Source of the DNA: Utricularia gibba
Lineage: Eukaryota > Plantae > Magnoliophyta
DNA: 20,677 nt
Assembly (NCBI GenBank): GCA_002189035.1
Contig: NEEC01000442.1
Coordinates: 1 to 20,677, forward strand
Reading direction: 5' to 3'
In this document: positions 11,680 through 20,677 of the stretch, piece after piece
How the letters are laid out: the number at the start of each line of letters is the position of its first letter
Position numbering within the stretch: the first letter of the stretch is position 1
Program-made: the position numbers and the translations under genes
Notes under the pieces: generated by a model
Told to the model about the DNA's origin: nothing
The model's database searches: none
The model's input: only the letters and a program-made list of their open reading frames with translations

Positions 11680-14600
11680 TTTTTTGCCGAGCCACAAATG
11701 ACTATGGGCCCGAGCTCGACTCGACCTCCTTCTCGATACCGTTGCCCCACGAGAGCGCCTCCTCAGATATAAAGCATGCGGTTGAGAAAACCATTTTGGG
11801 TGCTCATGACATCCTAACTTCAATAAGTGCAGCACGATTTTCGTCGAGTAGGACCCGATGTGGCAAAGGAGTCAGACCGAACCTTGGGTCAGAACGAAGT
11901 TCACAACGACATCACCCGCCCAAAAACGACAAGCTTTTCCTTGAGAAACCATGTAGGCAGCCAATTAAAACCCAACGTTAAGAAATGCATCAAGTTTTTT
12001 GCCGAGCACAATGACTATGGGCCCGAGCTCGACTCGACCTCCTTCTCGATACCGTTGCCCCACGAGAGCGCCTCCTCAGATATAAAGCATGCGGTTGAGA
12101 AAACCATTTTGGGTGCTCATGACATCCTAACTTCAATAAGTGCAGCACGATTTTCGTCGAGTAGGACCCGATGTGGCAAAGGAGTCAGACCGAACCTTGG
12201 GTCAGAACGAAGTTCACAACGACATCACCCGCCCAAAAACGACAAGCTTTTCCTTGAGAAACCATGTAGGCAGCCAATTAAAACCCAACGTTAAGAAATG
12301 CATCAAGTTTTTTGCCGAGCTACAAATGACTATGGGCCCGAGCTCGACTCGACCTCCTTCTCGATACCGTTGCCCCACGAGAGCGCCTCCTCAGATATAA
12401 AGCATGCGGTTGAGAAAACCATTTTGGGTGCTCATGACATCCTAACTTCAATAAGTGCATCACGATTTTCGTCGAGTAGGACCCGATGTGGCAAAGGAGT
12501 CAGACCGAACCTTGGGTCAGAACGAAGTTCACAACGACATCACCCGCCCAAAAACGACAAGCTTTTCCTTGAGAAACCATGTAGGCAGCCAATTAAAACC
12601 CAACGTTAAGAAATGCATCAAGTTTTTTGCCGAGCCACAAATGACTATGGGCCCGAGCTCGACTCGACCTCCTTCTCGATACCGTTGCCCCACGAGAGCG
12701 CCTCCTCAGATATAAAGCATGCGGTTGAGAAAACCATTTTGGGTGCTCATGACATCCTAACTTCAATAAGTGCAGCACGATTTTCGTCGAGTAGGACCCG
12801 ATGTGGCAAAGGAGTCAGACCGAACCTTGGGTCAGAACGAAGTTCACAACGACATCACCCGCCCAAAAACGACAAGCTTTTCCTTGAGAAACCATGTAGG
12901 CAGCCAATTAAAACCCAACGTTAAGAAATGCATCAAGTTTTTTGCCGAGCACAAATGACTATGGCCCGAGCTCGACTCGACCTCCTTCTCGATACCGTTG
13001 CCCCACGAGAGCGCCTCCTCAGATATAAAGCATGCGGTTGAGAAAACCATTTTGGGTGCTTATGACATCCTAACTTCAATAAGTGCAGCACGATTTTCGT
13101 CGAGTAGGACCCGATGTGGCAAAGGAGTCAGACCGAACCTTGGGTCAGAACGAAGTTCACAACGACATCACCCGCCCAAAAACGACAAGCTTTTCCTTGA
13201 GAAACCATGTAGGCAGCCAATTAAAACCCAACGTTAAGAAATGCATCAAGTTTTTTGCCGAGCTACAAATGACTATGGGCCCGAGCTCGACTCGACCTCC
13301 TTCTCGATACCGTTGCCCCACGAGAGCGCCTCCTCAGATATAAAGCATGCGGTTGAGAAAACCATTTTGGGTGCTTATGACATCCTAACTTCAATAAGTG
13401 CATCACGATTTTCGTCGAGTAGGACCCGATGTGGCAAAGGAGTCAGACCGAACCTTGGGTCAGAACGAAGTTCACAACGACATCACCCGCCCAAAAACGA
13501 CAAGCTTTTCCTTGAGAAACCATGTAGGCAGCCAATTAAAACCCAACGTTAAGAAATGCATCAAGTTTTTTGCCGAGCCACAAATGACTATGGGCCCGAG
13601 CTCGACTCGACCTCCTTCTCGATACCGTTGCCCACGAGAGCGCCTCCTCAGATATAAAGCATGCGGTTGAGAAAACCATTTTGGGTGCTCATGACATCCT
13701 AACTTCAATAAGTGCAGCACGATTTTCGTCGAGTAGGACCCGATGTGGCAAAGGAGTCAGACCGAACCTTGGGTCAGAACGAAGTTCACAACGACATCAC
13801 CCGCCCAAAAACGACAAGCTTTTCCTTGAGAAACCATGTAGGCAGCCAATTAAAACCCAACGTTAAGAAATGCATCAAGTTTTTTTGCCGAGCTACAAAT
13901 GACTATGGGCCCGAGCTCGACTCGACCTCCTTCTCGATACCGTTGCCCCACGAGAGCGCCTCCTCAGATATAAAGCATGCGGTTGAGAAAACCATTTTGG
14001 GTGCTCATGACATCCTAACTTCAATAAGTGCATCACGATTTTCGTCGAGTAGGACCCGATGTGGCAAAGGAGTCAGACCGAACCTTGGGTCAGAACGAAG
14101 TTCACAACGACATCACCCGCCCAAAAACGACAAGCTTTTCCTTGAGAAACCATGTAGGCAGCCAATTAAAACCCAACGTTAAGAAATGCATCAAGTTTTT
14201 TGCCGAGCCACAAATGACTATGGGCCCGAGCTCGACTCGACCTCCTTCTCGATACCGTTGCCCCACGAGAGCGCCTCCTCAGATATAAAGCATGCGGTTG
14301 AGAAAACCATTTTGGGTGCTCATGACATCCTAACTTCAATAAGTGCATCACGATTTTCGTCGAGTAGGACCCGATGTGGCAAAGAGTCAGACCGAACCTT
14401 GGGTCAGAACGAAGTTCACAACGACATCACCCGCCCAAAAACGACAAGCTTTTCCTTGAGAAACCATGTAGGCAGCCAATTAAAACCCAACGTTAAGAAA
14501 TGCATCAAGTTTTTTGCCGAGCTACAAATGACTATGGGCCCGAGCTCGACTCGACCTCCTTCTCGATACCGTTGCCCCACGAGAGCGCCTCCTCAGATAT

Positions 14601-14824
14601 AAAGCATGCGGTTGAGAAAACCATTTTGGGTGCTTATGACATCCTAACTTCAATAAGTGCATCACGATTTTCGTCGAGTAGGACCCGATGTGGCAAAGGA
14701 GTCAGACCGAACCTTGGGTCAGAACGAAGTTCACAACGACATCACCCGCCCAAAAACGACAAGCTTTTCCTTGAGAAACCATGTAGGCAGCCAATTAAAA
14801 CCCAACGTTAAGAAATGCATCAAG

Positions 14825-15139
14825 TTTTTTGCCGAGCTACAAATGACTATGGGCCCGAGCTCGACTCGACCTCCTTCTCGATACCGTTGCCCCACGAGAG
14901 CGCCTCCTCAGATATAAAGCATGCGGTTGAGAAAACCATTTTGGGTGCTCATGACATCCTAACTTCAATAAGTGCATCACGATTTTCGTCGAGTAGGACC
15001 CGATGTGGCAAAGGAGTCAGACCGAACCTTGGGTCAGAACGAAGTTCACAACGACATCACCCGCCCAAAAACGACAAGCTTTTCCTTGAGAAACCATGTA
15101 GGCAGCCAATTAAAACCCAACGTTAAGAAATGCATCAAG
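14825..15139 (+). repeat. Representative intact 315-bp monomer (U49; T14/C126/T153 full-length type)
   Basis: The unit matches the majority consensus with no indels. Hand count gives 152 G+C of 315 bases (85 C, 67 G) and 19 CpG. It has single HindIII (AAGCTT), SacI (GAGCTC), ApaI (GGGCCC), SphI (GCATGC), NsiI (ATGCAT), AclI (AACGTT) and BspHI (TCATGA) sites. Confidence 0.95.
14837..14993 (+). repeat. Sub-repeat A (157 bp) of the 315-bp monomer, example copy
   Basis: Runs CTACAAATGA...TTGAGAAAACCAT...TGCATCACGATTTTCGTCGAG and aligns almost without gaps to sub-repeat B (about 85 matches in about 159 columns). Confidence 0.85.
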
Positions 15140-15151
15140 TTTTTTGCCGAG
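14994..15151 (+). repeat. Sub-repeat B (158 bp) of the 315-bp monomer, example copy
   Basis: Runs TAGGACCCGA...TTGAGAAACCAT...TGCATCAAGTTTTTTGCCGAG. It carries the same terminal motifs, at the same spacing, as sub-repeat A. Confidence 0.85.
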
Positions 15152-18100
15152 CTACAAATGACTATGGGCCCGAGCTCGACTCGACCTCCTTCTCGATACC
15201 GTTGCCCCACGAGAGCGCCTCCTCAGATATAAAGCATGCGGTTGAGAAAACCATTTTGGGTGCTCATGACATCCTAACTTCAATAAGTGCAGCACGATTT
15301 TCGTCGAGTAGGACCCGATGTGGCAAAGGAGTCAGGAACCTTGGGTCAGAACGAAGTTCACAACGACATCACCCGCCCAAAAACGACAAGCTTTTCCTTG
15401 AGAAACCATGTAGGCAGCCAATTAAAACCCAACGTTAAGAAATGCATCAAGTTTTTTGCCGAGCCACAAATGACTATGGGCCCGAGCTCGACTCGACCTC
15501 CTTCTCGATACCGTTGCCCCACGAGAGCGCCTCCTCAGATATAAAGCATGCGGTTGAGAAAACCATTTTGGGTGCTCATGACATCCTAACTTCAATAAGT
15601 GCAGCACGATTTTCGTCGAGTAGGACCCGATGTGGCAAAGGAGTCAGGAACCTTGGGTCAGAACGAAGTTCACAACGACATCACCCGCCCAAAAACGACA
15701 AGCTTTTCCTTGAGAAACCATGTAGGCAGCCAATTAAAACCCAACGTTAAGAAATGCATCAAGTTTTTTGCCGAGCACAAATGACTATGGGCCCGAGCTC
15801 GACTCGACCTCCTTCTCGATACCGTTGCCCCACGAGAGCGCCTCCTCAGATATAAAGCATGCGGTTGAGAAAACCATTTTGGGTGCTCATGACATCCTAA
15901 CTTCAATAAGTGCAGCACGATTTTCGTCGAGTAGGACCCGATGTGGCAAAGGAGTCAGACCGAACCTTGGGTCAGAACGAAGTTCACAACGACATCACCC
16001 GCCCAAAAACGACAAGCTTTTCCTTGAGAAACCATGTAGGCAGCCAATTAAAACCCAACGTTAAGAAATGCATCAAGTTTTTTGCCGAGCTACAAATGAC
16101 TATGGGCCCGAGCTCGACTCGACCTCCTTCTCGATACCGTTGCCCCACGAGAGCGCCTCCTCAGATATAAAGCATGCGGTTGAGAAAACCATTTTGGGTG
16201 CTCATGACATCCTAACTTCAATAAGTGCATCACGATTTTCGTCGAGTAGGACCCGATGTGGCAAAGGAGTCAGACCGAACCTTGGGTCAGAACGAAGTTC
16301 ACAACGACATCACCCGCCCAAAAACGACAAGCTTTTCCTTGAGAAACCATGTAGGCAGCCAATTAAAACCCAACGTTAAGAAATGCATCAAGTTTTTTGC
16401 CGAGCCACAAATGACTATGGGCCCGAGCTCGACTCGACCTCCTTCTCGATACCGTTGCCCCACGAGAGCGCCTCCTCAGATATAAAGCATGCGGTTGAGA
16501 AAACCATTTTGGGTGCTCATGACATCCTAACTTCAATAAGTGCAGCACGATTTTCGTCGAGTAGGACCCGATGTGGCAAAGGAGTCAGACCGAACCTTGG
16601 GTCAGAACGAAGTTCACAACGACATCACCCGCCCAAAAACGACAAGCTTTTCCTTGAGAAACCATGTAGGCAGCCAATTAAAACCCAACGTTAAGAAATG
16701 CATCAAGTTTTTTGCCGAGCTACAAATGACTATGGGCCCGAGCTCGACTCGACCTCCTTCTCGATACCGTTGCCCACGAGAGCGCCTCCTCAAATATAAA
16801 GCATGCGGTTGAGAAAACCATTTTGGGTGCTCATGACATCCTAACTTCAATAAGTGCAGCACGATTTTCGTCGAGTAGGACCCGATGTGGCAAAAGGAGT
16901 CAGACCGAACTTGGGTCAGAACGAAGTTCACAACGACATCACCGCCAAAAAACGACAAGCTTTTCCTTGAGAAACCATGTAGGCAGCCAATTAAAACCCA
17001 ACGTTAAGAAATGCATCAAGTTTTTTGCCGAGCTACAAATGACTATGGGCCCGAGCTCGACTCGACCTCCTTCTCGATACCGTTGCCCCACGAGAGCGCC
17101 TCCTCAGATATAAAGCATGCGGTTGAGAAAACCATTTTGGTGCTCATGACATCCTAACTTCAATAAGTGCATCACGATTTTCGTCGAGTAGGACCCGATG
17201 TGGCAAAGGAGTCAGACCGAACCTTGGGTCAGAACGAAGTTCACAACGACATCACCCGCCCAAAAAACGACAAGCTTTTCCTTGAGAAACCATGTAGGCA
17301 GCCAATTAAAACCCAACGTTAAGAATGCATCAAGTTTTTTTGCCGAGCTACAAATGACTATGGCCCGAGCTCGACTCGACCTCCTTCTCGATACCGTTGC
17401 CCACGAGAGCGCCTCCTCAGATATAAAGCATGCGGTTGAGAAAACCATTTTGGGTGCTCATGACATCCTAACTTCAATAAGTGCATCACGATTTTCGTCG
17501 AGTAGGACCCGATGTGGCAAAGGAGTCAGACCGAACTTGGGTCAGAACGAAGTTCACAACGACATCACCCGCCCAAAAACGACAAGCTTTTCCTTGAGAA
17601 ACCATGTAGGCAGCCAATTAAAACCCAACGTTAAGAAATGCATCAAGTTTTTTTGCCGAGCTACAAAATGACTATGGGCCCGAGCTCGACTCGACCTCCT
17701 TCTCGATACCGTTGCCCCACGAGAGCGCCTCCTCAGATATAAAGCATGCGGTTGAGAAAACCATTTTGGGTGCTTATGACATCCTAACTTCAATAAGTGC
17801 ATCACGATTTTCGTCGAGTAGACCCGATGTGGAAAAAGGAGTCAGACCGAACTGGTCAGAACGAAGTTCACAACGACATCACCCGCCCAAAAACGACAAG
17901 CTTTTCCTTGAGAAACCATGTAGGCAGCCAATTAAAACCCAACGTTAAGAAATGCATCAAGTTTTTTGCCGAGCTACAAATGACTATGGGCCCGAGCTCG
18001 ACTCGACTCCTTCTCGATACCGTTGCCCCACGAGAGCGCCTCCTCAGATATAAAGCATGCGGTTGAGAAAACCATTTTGGGTGCTCATGACATCCTAACT

Positions 18101-20677
18101 TCAATAAGTGCATCACGATTTTCGTCGAGTAGGACCCGATGTGGCAAAGGAGTCAGACCGAACCTTGGGTCAGAACGAAGTTCACAACGACATCACCCGC
18201 CCAAAAACGACAAGCTTTTCCTTGAGAAACCATGTAGGCAGCCAATTAAAACCCAACGTTAAAATGCATCAAGTTTTTTGCCGAGCACAAATGACTATGG
18301 GCCCGAGCTCGACTCGACCTCCTTCTCGATACCGTTGCCCCACGAGAGCGCCTTCAAATATAAAGCATGCGGTTGAGAAACCATTTTGGGTGCTCATGAC
18401 ATCCTAACTTCAATAAGTGCATCACGATTTTCGTCGAGTAGGACCCGATGTGGCAAAGGAGTCAGACCGAACCTTGGGTCAGAACGAAGTTCACAACGAC
18501 ATCACCCGCCCAAAAACGACAAGCTTTTCCTTGAGAAACCATGTAGGCAGCCAATTAAAACCCAACGTTAAGAAATGCATCAAGTTTTTTGCCGAGCTAC
18601 AAATGACTATGGCCCGAGCTCGACTCGACCTCCTTCTCGATACCGTTGCCCCACGAGAGCGCCTCCTCAGATATAAAGCATGCGGTTGAGAAAACCATTT
18701 TGGTGCTCATGACATCCTAACTTCAATAAGTGCATCACGATTTTCGTCGAGTAGGACCCGATGTGGCAAAGGAGTCAGACCGAACCTTGGTCAGAACGAA
18801 GTTCACAACGACATCCCGCCCAAAAACGACAAGCTTTTCCTTGAGAAACCATGTAGGCAGCCATTAAAACCAACGTTAAGAAATGCATCAAGTTTTTTGC
18901 CGAGCCAAATGACTATGGGCCCGAGCTCGACTCGACCTCCTTCTCGATACCGTTGCCCCACGAGAGCGCCTCCTCAGATATAAAGCATGCGGTTGAGAAA
19001 ACCATTTTGGGTGCTTATGACATCCTAACTTCAATAAGTGCACGCACGATTTTCGTCGAGTAGGACCGATGTGGCAAAGGAGTCAACCGAACCTTGGTCA
19101 GAACGAAGTTCACAACGACATCACCCGCCCAAAAAGACAAGCTTTTCCTTGAGAAACCATGTAGGCAGCCAATTAAAACCCAACGTTAAGAAATGCATCA
19201 AGTTTTTTGCCGAGCTACAAATGACTATGGGCCCGAGCTCGACTCGACCTCCTTCTCGATACCGTTGCCCCACGAGAGCGCCTCCTCAGATATAAAGCAT
19301 GCGGTTGAGAAAACCATTTTGGGTGCTCATGACATCCTAACTTCAATAAGTGCATCACGATTTTCGTCGAGTAGGACCCGATGTGGCAAAAGGAGTCAGA
19401 CCGAACTTGGGTCAGAACGAAGTTCACAACGACATCCCGCCCAAAAACGACAAGCTTTTCCTTGAGAAACCATGTAGGCAGCCAATTAAAACCCAACGTT
19501 AAGAAATGCATCAAGTTTTTTGCCGAGCTACAAATGACTATGGGCCCGAGCTCGACTCGACCTCCTTCTCGATACCGTTGCCCCACGAGAGCGCCTCCTC
19601 AATATAAAGCATGCGGTTGAGAAAACCATTTTGGGTGCTCATGACATCCTAACTTCAATAAGTGCATCACGATTTTCGTCGAGTAGACCCGATGTGGAAA
19701 AAGGAGTCAGACCGAACTTGGGTCAGAACGAAGTTCACAACGACATCACCCGCCAAAAACGACAAGCTTTTCCTTGAGAAACCATGTAGGCAGCCAATTA
19801 AAACCCAACGTTAAAAATGCATCAAGTTTTTTGCCGAGCCACAAATGACTATGGGCCGAGCTCGACTCGACCTCCTTCTCGATACCGTTGCCCCACGAGA
19901 GCGCCTGATATAAAGCATGCGGTTGAGAAAACCATTTTGGGTGCTCATGACATCCTAACTTCAATAAGTGCAGCACGATTTTCGTCGAGTAGGACCCGAT
20001 GTGGCAAAGGAGTCAGACCGAACCTTGGGTCAGAACGAAGTTCACAACGACATCACCCGCCCAAAAACGACAAGCTTTTCCTTGAGAAACCATGTAGGCA
20101 GCCAATTAAAACCCAACGTTAAGAAATGCATCAAGTTTTTTGCCGAGCTACAAATGACTATGGCCCGAGCTCGACTCGACCTCCTTCTCGATACCGTTGC
20201 CCACGAGAGCGCCTCCTCAGATATAAAGCATGCGGTTGAGAAAACCATTTTGGGTGCTCATGACATCCTAACTTCAATAAGTGCAGCACGATTTTCGTCG
20301 AGTAGGACCCGATGTGGCAAAGGAGTCAGACCTTGGGTCAGAACGAAGTTCACAACGACATCACCCGCCCAAAAACGACAAGCTTTTCCTTGAGAAACCA
20401 TGTAGGCAGCCAATTAAAACCCAACGTTAAGAAATGCATCAAGTTTTTTGCCGAGCCACAAATGACTATGGGCCCGAGCTCGACTCGACCCTTCTCGATA
20501 CCGTTGCCCCACGAGAGCGCCTCCTCAAATATAAAGCATGCGGTTGAGAAAACCATTTTGGGTGCTCATGACATCCTAACTTCAATAAGTGCAGCACGAT
20601 TTTCGTCGAGTAGGACCGATGTGGCAAAGGAGTCAGACCGAACCTTGGGTCAGAACGAAGTTCACAACGACATCACC

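Larger units (their letters stand above)
1..20677. repeat. Tandem satellite DNA array, 315-bp consensus monomer, 66 complete + 1 partial head-to-tail units, running off both window ends
   Basis: The motif TTTTTTGCCGAG recurs at 1, 313, 618, 919, 1232, 1535, 1844 ... 14510, 14825, 15140 ... 20136, 20444. Unit lengths are 273-316 bp, and intact units are exactly 315 bp (e.g. 12308-12622, 14825-15139, 16078-16392). There is no unique sequence and no inversion. Centromeric, pericentromeric or subtelomeric location is plausible but cannot be determined from the sequence. Confidence 0.99.
11680..20677. repeat. Right array domain (U39-U67): no 10-bp-deleted monomers
   Basis: All 29 units keep GAGTCA at this site. 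Only small deletions occur there: 3 bp in U50 and U51, 1 bp in U62 and 5 bp in U66. Confidence 0.85.

Noticed and set aside
14869-14876. Perfect Shine-Dalgarno-like AAGGAGGT on the minus strand (ACCTCCTT on plus), and AAGGAG on the plus strand
   Set aside because: There is no start codon at suitable spacing and no credible CDS, so a chance match is most likely.
14905-14911. Hammerhead ribozyme core CUGANGA on the minus strand (CTGAGGA), of interest because some satellites encode hammerheads
   Set aside because: No GAAA follows a short stem II; the next minus-strand GAAA is about 135 nt downstream, and I could not build stems I and III. An Infernal or RNAMotif hammerhead search would settle it.
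14912-14918. TATA-like ATATAAA in each unit
   Set aside because: It is a short AT-rich motif with no supporting promoter context or downstream gene.
14985-15005. CENP-B box-like TTCG...CCCG arrangement
   Set aside because: It does not fit the TTCGNNNNANNCGGG core on either strand at any TTCG, CCCG or CGAA site I checked.
14825-15139. Apparent richness in palindromic hexamers (seven restriction sites, one 8-bp CGAGCTCG)
   Set aside because: About 5 are expected by chance in 315 bp (315/64), so 7 is not a convincing enrichment.
14825-15139. 5S rDNA, tRNA or other small-RNA gene tandem array
   Set aside because: I see no resemblance to 5S rRNA, no tRNA cloverleaf or A/B boxes, and no recognisable snRNA or spliced-leader sequence.
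15060-15160. Phased A/T tracts implying intrinsic curvature
   Set aside because: Tract spacings are irregular (roughly 10-20 bp) and I cannot support a ~10.5-bp periodicity by eye; it would need a Fourier or curvature calculation.
19-20556. All ORFs in the six-frame track (up to 241 aa, e.g. 7081-7800 and 9401-10126)
   Set aside because: They are the same repeat peptides read in shifting frames. Their lengths depend on chance indels that bypass stop codons, I recognise no protein domain, and no frame is preserved between copies.
1-20677. CRISPR array or other repeat-spacer system
   Set aside because: There are no unique spacers; the entire unit is repeated.
1-20677. Rolling-circle concatemer of a single ~315-nt circle (viroid-like or eccDNA amplification product)
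   Set aside because: Linked biallelic haplotypes, L/S alternation and regional domains are not expected from repeated copying of one template. I also see no long self-complementarity suggesting a rod-like fold.
1-20677. Assignment to a named satellite family or organism (faint likeness of GCATCAAGTTTTTTGCC to ~155-bp grass centromeric repeats)
   Set aside because: The similarity is limited to a short low-complexity motif recalled from memory. A BLAST or Dfam/PlantSat search is required.

Overview
The whole 20,677-bp window is one uninterrupted head-to-tail tandem satellite array. It holds 66 complete units plus 1 partial unit of a 315-bp monomer (about 48% GC by hand count), all in the same orientation, with no genes, RNA genes, transposon insertions or CRISPR spacers. 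Every ORF in the track is the same repeat read in different frames, and these ORFs open and close with single-base indels. The interest lies in the array's internal architecture. (1) The 315-mer is a cryptic ancient dimer of 157-bp and 158-bp subunits with about 53% identity and a better-conserved core of about 67 bp. (2) A 10-bp deletion allele alternates with the full-length unit across the left 11.7 kb, giving an incipient ~620-bp higher-order repeat, and then disappears abruptly. (3) Two linked SNPs define two monomer haplotypes, yet the deletion only 37 bp from one of them is unlinked. (4) A 20-bp segment carries a nested series of deletion alleles. Much of the single-base indel variation looks like long-read or consensus error, so the variant-based claims need read-level confirmation. 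I could not identify the organism or satellite family, and I see no evidence of a protein-coding or RNA-based system. Unit numbers (U1-U67) and unit positions count from the TTTTTTGCCGAG motif; all counts were done by hand.
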